Shown piece after piece: positions 1 through 10,467 of a stretch of DNA of 64,000 nt. The position numbers were made by a program, and so were the translations under genes. The notes under the pieces are model-generated. The model was not told where the DNA came from and ran no database searches. It worked only from the letters and a program-made list of their open reading frames with translations. This DNA is from a virus (lineage: Duplodnaviria > Caudoviricetes): positions 64,001 to 128,000 of the IMG/VR virus record IMGVR_UViG_3300035520_001075. One strand, given 5' to 3'. How positions within the stretch are numbered: position 1 is the first letter of the stretch; the number at the start of each line of letters is the position of its first letter.

Positions 1-1868
1 TTGGTATCACCCATTTTATCTGAATCATGGAGTTCAAATTGAGTAGTTAAATCTCCGTTTGGACTTCTCATTAAGGCATTAGTATCAAATGGAGAATTAT
101 TATACATCATTACTCCTGATGCGTGTTGACCTCGGCGGCAGACTAATCCTTCAATTGATTCTATTATTTCTAAAAGACCAGGATATTTATCAAGTTCGTT
201 GACTAAAGCTTGAATTGGCTTCCAATCTTTTTCTTCATTTCCATAAACTGAATCATGAACTGAACGTAAAAAACCTCTTTCAACAGGAATTAAACTACTT
301 AAATATTGAGTTGTTTCAACTTCCAATCCATTTGGAAATTCTTTACTTCGATAACCTCTCCCTGCCGCCGCAATTGCACTACGTGTGCCTTCTGTTCCAA
401 ATGTAGCAACTTGAACTACATTTAATTCTCCTCGCTCTTTTCTAATTTCTTCAAAGATTTTTTTGCGTTTTGTTGGCGTTAAATCTATGTCGATATCAGG
501 CAATTCCACTCTTTCTTTATTTAAAAATCTAAAGTAAGGTAGCTCCCATTCAATAGGGTCTAATTGAGTAATACCTAACAAATAATTTGAAAGATAGCAA
601 ACAGAGCTTCCTCTTCCTGGTCCAACGATTGAGCCACAATCCCAGAATAAATCTATATAATGTTGAAAAGTATTGAAATACTCAAAAAGACAATTACCTA
701 ATTTTTCGCCAACTGTTTTTATTACATCAGCTTCAATTTCAATTCTTTCTATATAATTATCTTTTACTAAATTTTTATTATATAAACCTTCTAAACATTG
801 ATTAATCCAATATCTTTCTTGATTATTTCCTTTTAATAAAGAAGTTATTATTGGATATTTTGACAAATTTATATCTTGATATTGGATTTGAATTGGATAT
901 TCTTTAACCCTAACTTGTGGAATAATTGGATTATGATATAAATTATAACTCTCAATTTTGCCGTAAATTTCCATTGTATTACTACATATCTGTTTGAATT
1001 CATTTTCAGAATAGAAGTCTTTTAAGTTTTCATATGCTTCATTATTATCCATCATATGAGCGTCCCAATAAAATTCATCAACCTCTCTTTCACCCTCTTT
1101 TGAATTAAGATAAGCTTTATGAATTGGGCGTTCTTTTGCTGTTAAATAATGAGCATCAGACCCTATTATTATTTTTAAATTATATGCTTTTGCAATTGAT
1201 TTAATTCTTTGATTAAAAAGCCTTTGGTCTTTTGAACTTCCTGCAGCAATTTCAAGATAGAAATCATCATGAAATAAATTAATGTTCCATTTAATAAAAT
1301 CATCAATTTTTAATTTAATTGAGTAAATTTCATCTTCATTATTCTCTTTTTCTTCCGCTTTGATTAATTGCAAAACTAAATTATCTAATTCTGACCCTAA
1401 GCACGCACTTGAAGCTACTAATGAATTTGGATATTTTTTAATAATTTCTTCTAATTCATTCTTTTGAGTAGGAACTCTTGTCATTCCCCTTGAATTATAA
1501 CTATAATACCATGCTTTAGAACTTAATTCCCTTAAAGCTCTATGTCCCTGATTATTTTTAGCTATTAAAATATAGTGCCAATATCTTTCAATATTATACC
1601 TATCGTCAACTAAATAAATTTCATTTCCTAAAGCAACTTTAAAATCTTCTGGAAGTTTATTCTCTTTTTTTAATTGTTCTTCTGTTTGAAGCATTTTAAG
1701 ATGGCCGCAAAGGCATTCATGGTCTGTAAGAGTCAAACCTTTCATACCCAGATTATATGCTGTAGTGAGCATATCTGGTAGTTTATTGATTGCATCAATT
1801 AGACGGATATTTGAATATTCACTATGACAATGATTATCAAAACGAGGAACTAAATTTAAATTACTCAT
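1..1868 (-). CDS. dnaE: DNA polymerase III alpha subunit (5' part; runs off window start)
   Basis: Absent from ORF track because it is truncated. ATG at 1868 after GGAGG. PHP motifs HCHSEYS and LTDHE; VGPGRGSSVCYLSNYLLGITQLDP; LPDIDID. Confidence 0.93.
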   Translation of the reverse strand, partial: MSNLNLVPRFDNHCHSEYSNIRLIDAINKLPDMLTTAYNLGMKGLTLTDHECLCGHLKMLQTEEQLKKENKLPEDFKVALGNEIYLVDDRYNIERYWHYILIAKNNQGHRALRELSSKAWYYSYNSRGMTRVPTQKNELEEIIKKYPNSLVASSACLGSELDNLVLQLIKAEEKENNEDEIYSIKLKIDDFIKWNINLFHDDFYLEIAAGSSKDQRLFNQRIKSIAKAYNLKIIIGSDAHYLTAKERPIHKAYLNSKEGEREVDEFYWDAHMMDNNEAYENLKDFYSENEFKQICSNTMEIYGKIESYNLYHNPIIPQVRVKEYPIQIQYQDINLSKYPIITSLLKGNNQERYWINQCLEGLYNKNLVKDNYIERIEIEADVIKTVGEKLGNCLFEYFNTFQHYIDLFWDCGSIVGPGRGSSVCYLSNYLLGITQLDPIEWELPYFRFLNKERVELPDIDIDLTPTKRKKIFEEIRKERGELNVVQVATFGTEGTRSAIAAAGRGYRSKEFPNGLEVETTQYLSSLIPVERGFLRSVHDSVYGNEEKDWKPIQALVNELDKYPGLLEIIESIEGLVCRRGQHASGVMMYNNSPFDTNALMRSPNGDLTTQFELHDSDKMGDT

Positions 1869-1924
1869 AATTTCCTCCTTTTCCTTATTTTCTATATTTA
1901 TTATATCATAATTTAAAAGAAAAG

Positions 1925-2911
1925 TCAAATATTATTTAACTTATTATATGCCATTGTTAAAATTTGATAGGCTTCTATAAAGCCAATTCTTTTTCTATTG
2001 TTATCTCGATAATTTGTTAAGCAGATATTATAAGTTGATTTTCTAAAATCATTTAAAATTTGATTGGCTTCCTTAATTAATTCCTTTTGAAAATCTTCAG
2101 AAAGTTTTTCTTTATAAGCAATTGTAGCCAAATTTCTGTCAGTTTGTTTGCCTATGATAGTATTTGTACTATAATAAAAATTAATTTTTTCATTTCTTTT
2201 ATCAATACACATAACATTAATATTTGTTGCTTGGCTTTTATTGTTTTCTATTACTCTTGAAAATATAGGCTCTGTTTGATTTAATTCATAAAAAAAATCG
2301 CCGCCAATTCTATAATCGTATAATTCTTCTAATGACAGCATTGTTTCTTTAATTTCGTTATCTCCATAAAGAAAAGTTTTTATAAGATTAGAATTATTAT
2401 TTTCTCTTCTTTTAAAAACAAAACTACAGACATTGTAATTAGTTTTTTCAAACATTGAATCGAAATAAATATTAAGTCTTTGTACTGAAAAATTTTTAAA
2501 GAAAAGTTTTCTGATATTTTTAGATTTTTCGTCTGCAAAAAAATTGATTGGAATTATTAAGATGCCGCCACAGCATTCTAACATTGTATTGATTGCTATT
2601 TTATATAAATCATCAAAATTATTATTAATAAAATATTTTTTATCTTTAGCTTTGTTTTTGGCTAAATAAGGTGGGTTCGTTATAACCCATTTATTTCTAT
2701 AATCTGGCGGATTTAATAAGGTATCTCTATAATGCTCTGATTCCTTACTAAAAGAAATATCGTAGTATTCTTTGATTTTTATATCCCTTACCATATCGCC
2801 CCTTCCATAAAAAGGTTCGATAATATAGGCATCATTAGGAATAAAATCTAATAAGCCATCTAATAATAGACTATTTATCGAGTAATGTTTTGTTTTTTCT
2901 ATATCAGTCAA
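1925..2911 (-). CDS. Amino-(N6-adenine/N4-cytosine) DNA methyltransferase-like protein
   Basis: EPFYGRGD (motif I-like) and ITNPPY (motif IV). Confidence 0.75.
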   Translation of the reverse strand: MTDIEKTKHYSINSLLLDGLLDFIPNDAYIIEPFYGRGDMVRDIKIKEYYDISFSKESEHYRDTLLNPPDYRNKWVITNPPYLAKNKAKDKKYFINNNFDDLYKIAINTMLECCGGILIIPINFFADEKSKNIRKLFFKNFSVQRLNIYFDSMFEKTNYNVCSFVFKRRENNNSNLIKTFLYGDNEIKETMLSLEELYDYRIGGDFFYELNQTEPIFSRVIENNKSQATNINVMCIDKRNEKINFYYSTNTIIGKQTDRNLATIAYKEKLSEDFQKELIKEANQILNDFRKSTYNICLTNYRDNNRKRIGFIEAYQILTMAYNKLNNI

Positions 2912-3494
2912 ATACTATTCCTCCTTGAAGAATTTCATCTACACTAAAAATCTTTACCTTACTGTTATTTTGAAAATATTGTTTTAATTCATCTCTTTTA
3001 CTATCCCAAAAATCTCCATCTAAAATTGCCGCAACATAATGCTTGATACTTCCTTTGATTAAAAAAGAAACAACATCATTATACTGATTATCCTGCGACC
3101 CACCACAATCTTTTGTATATTTTTGCGTAATATAAGTGTTATTAATTTTAAAATCTGCTGATTTTGTTGTATTGATTTCTTTTTTATTAGTTATTTCTCC
3201 ATTATCATTAAATCTAATGGCGTTTTTACCGCTTTGAGGCAATGTTTTTGTATTTAATAAATCCGCTACTATTTTTTCAATATAATTTTGCTTTAGTGGG
3301 TTCTTTATAAAATATGATGCAACATAATCATTACACATAATTTGATTATTTAAATCGTCAATATTAAATCCATAAAGTTGACAATAATTTTTAACTTTAA
3401 GTTGGTATTCATCTGAAAATAGATTTTTTCTTAATTCTAAAAAATTATTTTTTATTAATTCTTTTCTCTTCTTTTCTATAATTTCTTTTAACAT
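2904..3494 (-). CDS. Putative restriction-endonuclease-like protein coupled to the MTase
   Basis: Overlaps the MTase start. KSADF...QKYTK..GGSQDNQ resembles a PD-(D/E)xK variant. Mostly inferred from context. Confidence 0.4.
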   Translation of the reverse strand: MLKEIIEKKRKELIKNNFLELRKNLFSDEYQLKVKNYCQLYGFNIDDLNNQIMCNDYVASYFIKNPLKQNYIEKIVADLLNTKTLPQSGKNAIRFNDNGEITNKKEINTTKSADFKINNTYITQKYTKDCGGSQDNQYNDVVSFLIKGSIKHYVAAILDGDFWDSKRDELKQYFQNNSKVKIFSVDEILQGGIVFD

Positions 3495-3738
3495 TTTAAA
3501 ATTTTCCTTTCTTATCTATTATTAATACTATATCATAATTTAAAAGAAAAGTCAAGACAAAATCTTGACTATTCTCTTTTATTCTAAAATCTCATCAATT
3601 TTACGAATCAATTCTTTTGCATCTTGTGATAATTCTTTTCTTTTCTCAAACTGATTTAATAGCTTATCAATTTGATTAATTTTCTTTGCATATCTTTTTG
3701 CTCTTGCTAATATTCTCTTATCAAATAACCTCATAATA

Positions 3739-3927
3739 TTACCATACCTTAACTAACTTAACAATATAATATAAGTCGTCTTTCTTTTCTTTTCTTGTTG
3801 AAGAATATGAAGTTAATTCATATCCTTCATTGTCTGGGTCTTCTTTTGCTTTCCTAATGAGGGCTTCTGCCTCTTCCTCAGAATTTGTTCTCCATTCTTC
3901 TGTTCTTTTTAAAATTATTTCTTCCAT
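3739..3927 (-). CDS. Hypothetical protein
   Basis: ORF with GGAG RBS downstream of a promoter. Confidence 0.6.
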   Translation of the reverse strand: MEEIILKRTEEWRTNSEEEAEALIRKAKEDPDNEGYELTSYSSTRKEKKDDLYYIVKLVKVW

Positions 3928-4044
3928 AATATTTTCTCTCCTTTTTTTCTTATTTACTATAATAATTATAGCATAATTTATTTAAAATGTAAAATCTTAT
4001 GATTAAGATAAAAAAATTACGTTCTATTTAGTATTTTGCATATT

Positions 4045-4509
4045 TTATAATGGCATTTTACTAAGAATCTCTTCAGGAGTTTCCCAATAATCTTTTTCTT
4101 CGTTATAACAAAAAACAATCGCATTGTTGTTGTTGTTGTTTGTTTTGTGGCAAAGAAGATTGTTTTTAAGACGACAAAAAAGACTTTTTTCTTTGTTTTG
4201 ATATTCCTTTTGTGTTTGTTCAAACAAATCTAATAAAAATTTTTGACAATCTTGATTACCAAAATAAATGGCCGTAATATTACTATTTATCTTTGTTAAA
4301 AAATCTTCAAAATTTTCGGGTGTACTTGTTAACATATCAAATTTTTTATTACTAATATCATTATCATAAAAATCTTGTTTTAACAAAATTGTATGAATAT
4401 TATCAAAAAAATTATCTTTGTTTATTTTATTCTCTTTTTTTTTCTTATCATAGTTCTGAAGAACAGAACTTTGAATCATCAAAGCTATATACGTTAATCT
4501 AGTTTTCAT
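4045..4509 (-). CDS. Hypothetical protein
   Basis: ORF with GGAGG RBS. Confidence 0.55.
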   Translation of the reverse strand: MKTRLTYIALMIQSSVLQNYDKKKKENKINKDNFFDNIHTILLKQDFYDNDISNKKFDMLTSTPENFEDFLTKINSNITAIYFGNQDCQKFLLDLFEQTQKEYQNKEKSLFCRLKNNLLCHKTNNNNNNAIVFCYNEEKDYWETPEEILSKMPL

Positions 4510-4559
4510 TATCCTCCTTAAATCTGTTTATAATATATTTTAATATTTTTTGAATAAAA

Positions 4560-6904
4560 TTAAAATGAAACATCAATAATTTCCATCTCATCTGCTAATA
4601 TCTGCGGCTTTCTCTGGCCGCCCCATTCATTTATATTTGCTCTACCAGCAATCGTAATCATTAAATCATCACTAATATTATCAAGCATTTTAATTATTTC
4701 TTCTGCTTTAAATTTTATATAAGTAATTCCATTGTAAATAAGTCTTATAGTATCATGATTTTTACCAATTACAGAAATTTCATTTTTATTAATCTGAATG
4801 TTTTTTATAATAATAATTGGCTCATCATTACCTTGCGACCATAGGGCTTTTCCTTTATCCATTTCCTCAATTAAAGTGGATAATGCAGGATAGTTTCCGT
4901 TAACAACAAAATCAGCTTCATAGAATCCTTCATTGAAATTGATATCCGCCAATTCATAATTAGCATAATTAGTTAACTTATCAATATTAGAAATTTTAAC
5001 TGATTGCCCAAAAGCTTGAGAATGTCCTTCTGCAAAATCCATATAGCCACTATCTAAAAGAAACTGTCTAAAGTCCTGTAATTCGCTCCCATTGCGGCCG
5101 CGGCCTGAGCCTTTTAAAAATCCATCTGGACTTGTTCTGCCAAGCAGCACTGGCTTCTTATATTTAGCACTAACTCCCATTGCTATTAATCCTGTCAATG
5201 AATTAGGAACATCTAATTCATCAGCATTGAGAATTAATATTTTATTTTCATCTAAGCAATTTTCAAGAATTTGAATATCAAGTAATTCCATTGCTTTTTC
5301 TTTTTCTCGATTTTGTTTTGATTTTGCATTTACGCAATTTCTTACACTTTGGACGCTAACTGTTTCAAGTAGTCCTGATTCTCCTCTTTTTGTAGATGGA
5401 ATTTCTTTTGTGCCATTAATAAAAGATTCAAAAAGTTTTTCTTTTTCATTCATTGTTCCCACTCTTATTAAAGCATTAATAAGTGGGGTTAGATAAAATG
5501 CCACTCCTGTTGGTGTTAGCGGCCCAGTGCCTAATGAATAGGATTGTTTTTCAATTAAATCTTTTAGGAATTGATTATTGATGTGATTTAAACCATACTG
5601 GCAAATATAACGATTTTCAAGCGTTGTTAAGTAGCACATATCGCTTATTCAAGTACCCCTAAATTTCTTTAGGGCTTTGACTATATTTTACAATTAATAA
5701 TTGTACATCTCTTTCGGTTCTCATTAGCTTCGTTTCCTAAAACTAAAATACGTATTAATAGTATTCCTACTCCCCAGCTTTCCAACCTAAGGGATAGTCG
5801 ATACAGGTTAAATGTTTTTGTACATTTAAAAGAGAAAAAAACATTCATTCCCACGGTATTAGCATATTTTTCAACTTAGCCTTCACCGTTAGCCATTTTA
5901 AATGACTCTTATTAATAAAATAAGTAAAGATGTATTAGCACAATACTCTTATGCCTAATGCCACTAAATCTAAATACTTATCTGCGGCATTACCCAAATT
6001 AAATTGCTCATCACAATATTGAAGAAATTTATAAACAACTCCAACACCGCTTAGCTCTTTATTAGGATAGTTCTCAGATAATTGATTATTAATTACAACT
6101 GCATTTTCACTATAATGCGTTGTAAGATGGTGGTCTTCTACTAAAATATCATATCCTAAATCTTTGAGTATCTGATGCTCTTCAAAATCATTACTGGAAG
6201 AATCGGGGCAGACAATTAAATCACATATTTTTCCATTAGTAAATTCGTTCATAATCGTTGAAAGACCATGGGCTTTTGCTTCTGGGATATGATATTTAAT
6301 TTCTACATTAGGATATTTTTCTTTTAGATTATCATTAAAATAGTTAATAAAGATTGATGAAGAAGTGAATCCGTCAACCATTTATACCCTGCATTTCTGC
6401 ATATTTAAAAAGGGGATTAGACTATATCTTTTTAATCTTCTATTTCGAGAAAAACTCTACTCTACTTACACTTTCTGCTTTCGATAGTCGTTGAACATTC
6501 TACTCATTAGAGTTAGCTTTGCTGCGGATTATCCAATTCTTAATGATTTTACTATACCTTAGTCATTACCCTTGCCACTATATTATTACTAATATAGTTT
6601 AGTTATTAAGACTCTAAGGACGTTCCCGCAATTTAAAGGATTTTATTTTATGATTGAAACCTTGACTGAATTAATCACAATCAATAACAAAATATATTGT
6701 ACTATCATTATCTAAATGCTTTTTAAATAAACTAAAGCCTTCTTCCATATTATCTAATAAAGTTGGCTCTAATAAAAAACTTTTCTTAGGATTTGTAAAA
6801 TTCTCATAACTTTCATTAGAAGAGGTAATGATTTCTCTATCAATTAATAAATTCCTAAGAAAGTCGCTATTTATCTCTGTCTTAGTCTTTCTTACATACT
6901 TCAT
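4560..6904 (-). CDS. recJ: RecJ-like DHH ssDNA exonuclease, spliced: join(6904-6674, 6378-5951, 5649-4560), about 582 aa
   Basis: Splicing restores DCD|VDG and DLVALGI|ISDM. EDHH, KGSGRG and EGHSQAFG motifs present. Confidence 0.88.
5650..5950 (-). mobile_element. Group I intron 2 in recJ (301 nt, no ORF)
   Basis: U|...G boundaries; GUAUCGACUA and AAUAUAGUC elements; frame restored. Confidence 0.88.
6379..6673 (-). mobile_element. Group I intron 1 in recJ (295 nt, no ORF)
   Basis: 5' exon ends in U and intron ends in G. Core elements GUUCAACGACUA and AAGAUAUAGUC. IGS can pair with both exons. Frame restored. Confidence 0.9.
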
Positions 6905-6922
6905 TTTAAATTATCTCTCCTC

Positions 6923-7981
6923 TTATAGCCATATCGTATTATTATATAATTTCATAAATGTTTCTTTTCCCTTGTCAGTCGGGCTTTCTTTTAAAGACAA
7001 TAGATTTTGGAAGTCATAAATAAAACCCATATTACAAATGTTTTTATAACGACTACAAATTGTCTTCAATTTACTATAATATTTTTCTTTTTTCTTCCAA
7101 TCTTCCCCTTCCTTATCAAAAGCTAAGATAACTCTTTCTGCACCAGCGGCCAGCAGTAATTCAAGTTGATATTTATGAAACGAACTTCCGCAGGCCGCCA
7201 CAGCAATATTTTTATCATGACCTAAGATTGTATTTAATTGTAGAACTCCTTTTTCACCCTCTGTTATAATTGCTGTTTTAAATTTTTTAATATTACCCTT
7301 AATAAAATTTAACCCATATAAATTATAACCTAATGGGTGAGAATAGAGTTTACCTTCTATTTGAACAGGCATATATTTACCAACTTCAATATCATCTTCA
7401 TTAAGAGAACGACCTCTAATTCCAATTAAATAACCATTTGAATCATAATGAGGAATTATAATCTTATTTTCAAGAGAAGAATAGCGGATTTGATATTCTC
7501 TCATTGTCTGCTCGCTAATTCCATCACTTAACCATTCTATTGTTGGATAGAATTCATAGATATTTAAAAGAGCAGGGTTAATTTTAGGAATATTAACTTC
7601 TATCTTCTGTCTTTTATATCTATCAAATTCTGTTTCATATTTTTGAACAAATTCTAATCCTTTTTCCTGATAATTATTACCAGCTATTTTCAAAACAATA
7701 TCCTGATAGAAATTATATTTAATTCCTAATAATTTATATCGTTTTTTAAATAATTCAAAAATATTAAAATTTTCTGAGCACTCAGTGAAACAATGGAATT
7801 GTTTATTATTCTTATAATAATAAAGCTTTAAACTCGCTTCCGCAGGGTCAATATTATGACAGATTGTTTTAAAAATAATTGCATTTGGAGTATCTTTATA
7901 CTCATCTGAGCCCAACTCCATAACCAACTCGATAATTCTTTCATCATCAAGACTTTGCTCTAATTCTTTTAAATCTATCAT
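6923..7981 (-). CDS. DNA primase (Zn-binding + TOPRIM)
   Basis: N-terminal ICHN...HCFTEC; IIIPHYD..G.LIGIRGR; TEGEKG; adjacent to helicase. Confidence 0.8.
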   Translation of the reverse strand: MIDLKELEQSLDDERIIELVMELGSDEYKDTPNAIIFKTICHNIDPAEASLKLYYYKNNKQFHCFTECSENFNIFELFKKRYKLLGIKYNFYQDIVLKIAGNNYQEKGLEFVQKYETEFDRYKRQKIEVNIPKINPALLNIYEFYPTIEWLSDGISEQTMREYQIRYSSLENKIIIPHYDSNGYLIGIRGRSLNEDDIEVGKYMPVQIEGKLYSHPLGYNLYGLNFIKGNIKKFKTAIITEGEKGVLQLNTILGHDKNIAVAACGSSFHKYQLELLLAAGAERVILAFDKEGEDWKKKEKYYSKLKTICSRYKNICNMGFIYDFQNLLSLKESPTDKGKETFMKLYNNTIWL

Positions 7982-9675
7982 AATAAATCTCCTATCTCAA
8001 CATCTTGTAATCGTTTCTTATTATCTTCATCATCACCAAATGCTTTCTCCACTGACTCTAATAAGCTTTCTGGCGGCTCTTCTGAAACCATAGTCAAACT
8101 CTCATCAAAATCTGGAGCGGCGATAATTTCACCATCATTGTAAATAGCTTCTAATTCTCTTATCTTTTTCGTATCTATTGATTCAAAATCAACGATTTGG
8201 AAGTCTTCAATTGGTTTATTGTCTGCCGTTGTGATAAATAAGTCATAAGTCCTACAAGTTCCCAAATCTTTTCTCGACCAAATTCTCACCATATTCCAGC
8301 GGCCGCGTCTATTTTTAAAGACATCGGTTATACAATTTGGGGTGAAGTTATAACGTTTTTGGAAATTTGCTATTTCTTTTAGTTCTTCATTTGATGGTCT
8401 TGACATTATACATCCGCAATCGACAAGGTCTGATATAGAACGTGAACCTCGAATTCTTTTATAATCTCTAAATCCGCCATTTTCGTCATCATCACCGCTA
8501 ATCTGAGTACTTGTTAAAATAAAAGCATTTAATTCAACTGCTAAATTCTTTAACGTTGTTGTAAACAAACGTAAACAAACGTGTTCTGGCAATTTTAAAT
8601 CTCTATACTCATTAAGCATTGCTGGAGATGAGAAAATATAATCGTAGAAAAAATTTTCAACCCCATATTGAAAACTATATTTTCTAAATAAATTTTTAAT
8701 AACTGAGGCACAGGGGTCTGGAACTCTTGCAAACAACATATTATCTTTATAAGTTTCCATTATACGGATAGCTTTATTAATTCGTCCCATATGTTCTTCT
8801 GTGTAAGTTCCATAGAGAAACATTTCTTCATTATAGCCCGTTAGATAGGCTAAAATCATCGTTTGAATTTCTGCTGGGTCTTGTTCTGTCATTACGTATA
8901 GAATTTTTTCTGAATGACCTGTTGCGACCCATCTTCCAATTTTTGGCTCATAACGAATTGGATAGGCAATGTTGCAGGCATCACCAACCATTGAACGGGT
9001 CTTGCCTATACTCGTTGAGCCTGACCTCAAATACATTTTTCCCTTGCGGCCGCCCCTAATAATTGTATTAAAAATATCACCTTGTAAAGGGCATCCAACT
9101 TCTGGAATCGTTTTTAATTCTTCAATTAAATCTTTAACACCATCATAAGCATTACTTTCTTCAATTACGCTATTTAAAACATATTTATTTTCAAAAGTTG
9201 CTATTTCTCCTTTTAAAGAATTAATTATATCTTCTGTGGTCATTACTTCAAATTTCTCATTAATTTTATTATAATTAGCATCCAGCGGATTTTCAGAATA
9301 GAATTCGCTAATATCTCTTCCAGCTTTTTGCAAATCTCTTAATAAATTAATTTTCTTTAGTTTTGAGTAGTAATAATTAAAATTTTCAATTTCGCAATAA
9401 GCTTCACAATCCTGCAAAAAACCAATTCCATTTTCTTTTTGCATGATATCTTTGGCTAAAGAATTTGATTGTAGGTACATATCTATATCAATTGTGTGTA
9501 TACTTTCTGCACCGCCTTGATATAGGTTATAAATTGCAGAGAAGACAAACTTATCTAATTGGTTTGTAAAATCGCTAACTTCTAATTGATATTTATCAAT
9601 ATCGCTTAAGATTTGTGGTCTTTTCATTAGACAGCCAAGAATTTGAACTATTATTTTTCTATCAGTTTTAATCAA
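7978..9675 (-). CDS. Replicative DnaB-like helicase
   Basis: Walker A SGSTSIGKTR; FFYDYI; STQ; RGSRSI; KNRRG. Confidence 0.85.
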   Translation of the reverse strand: MIKTDRKIIVQILGCLMKRPQILSDIDKYQLEVSDFTNQLDKFVFSAIYNLYQGGAESIHTIDIDMYLQSNSLAKDIMQKENGIGFLQDCEAYCEIENFNYYYSKLKKINLLRDLQKAGRDISEFYSENPLDANYNKINEKFEVMTTEDIINSLKGEIATFENKYVLNSVIEESNAYDGVKDLIEELKTIPEVGCPLQGDIFNTIIRGGRKGKMYLRSGSTSIGKTRSMVGDACNIAYPIRYEPKIGRWVATGHSEKILYVMTEQDPAEIQTMILAYLTGYNEEMFLYGTYTEEHMGRINKAIRIMETYKDNMLFARVPDPCASVIKNLFRKYSFQYGVENFFYDYIFSSPAMLNEYRDLKLPEHVCLRLFTTTLKNLAVELNAFILTSTQISGDDDENGGFRDYKRIRGSRSISDLVDCGCIMSRPSNEELKEIANFQKRYNFTPNCITDVFKNRRGRWNMVRIWSRKDLGTCRTYDLFITTADNKPIEDFQIVDFESIDTKKIRELEAIYNDGEIIAAPDFDESLTMVSEEPPESLLESVEKAFGDDEDNKKRLQDVEIGDLL

Positions 9676-9679
9676 ATTC

Positions 9680-10369
9680 TCACTCTCCTATCTCATTTAA
9701 ATTGATTAGTTTTTTCTTCTTATTACTTCTCTTGCCACTTGGGTTATATCTAATAGTAAGTCTACCTTTCTCTAACTGCTTCTGAATCGCAGCATCAATT
9801 TCATCTTTTCTTTTTGCCTCTTTCTGATAATACTGTTTAGATTTATCCCAAATATATGGGATTATTCCGATTGAGCCGTTAGCTTTTTCAATTGGGCTTT
9901 TCTTAACCTCAAAAAAATATTTTAAAGCTAATAATTGTCCTCTATATGGCATTCCTTGTTTTTTAAAACGGTTCATTTGAACTAAATTCCAAGAACTTAC
10001 TGGTTGTTCTTTTGAACATTCACCAAATAAGTCGCAAATGTAATAATATAGAGCTTCTTTATCATCGCCTTGTTTTGACAAAATTTCTAAACTTTCTTCG
10101 TTAAGATGCTTTTTTACTGTTGATGTCGCACAGCCAAGTTCCCTTGCAACCATTGTTATTTCCTCATATTCTTTAAATTTTTCATTAATCAATTTAATTG
10201 TCTCTTCATCAATTCTTACTTTGCTTCGCGGCGAGTCGATATTTGATAGAGCCAAATATTTGGACACCGTTTGTGCTGAAATACCCATTTCTTTAGCTAC
10301 TTTAGCCTTACTACCAAGTTCATTATAAAGCTTAATCATTTCTTGAATCTTTTCTTCGTTTATCTTCAT
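9680..10369 (-). CDS. Tandem HTH protein, possible replication or helicase-loading accessory
   Basis: Two HTH-like repeats (VAKEMGISAQTVSKYL, VARELGCATSTVKKHL); lies upstream of the helicase. Confidence 0.55.
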   Translation of the reverse strand: MKINEEKIQEMIKLYNELGSKAKVAKEMGISAQTVSKYLALSNIDSPRSKVRIDEETIKLINEKFKEYEEITMVARELGCATSTVKKHLNEESLEILSKQGDDKEALYYYICDLFGECSKEQPVSSWNLVQMNRFKKQGMPYRGQLLALKYFFEVKKSPIEKANGSIGIIPYIWDKSKQYYQKEAKRKDEIDAAIQKQLEKGRLTIRYNPSGKRSNKKKKLINLNEIGE

Positions 10370-10467
10370 AATTTTATCACCCTTTCTCATTTACTATAAT
10401 AATTATATCATAATTTGTGAAAAAAGTCAAATATTTATAAGGGAGGCATATTGCTATGCCTCTCCAT

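Noticed and set aside
215-406. Short antisense or overlapping track ORFs (e.g. 215-406, 5092-5274, 25685-26119, 35478-35858, 51916-52146)
   Set aside because: Shadow ORFs opposite well-supported genes, with no recognisable motifs.
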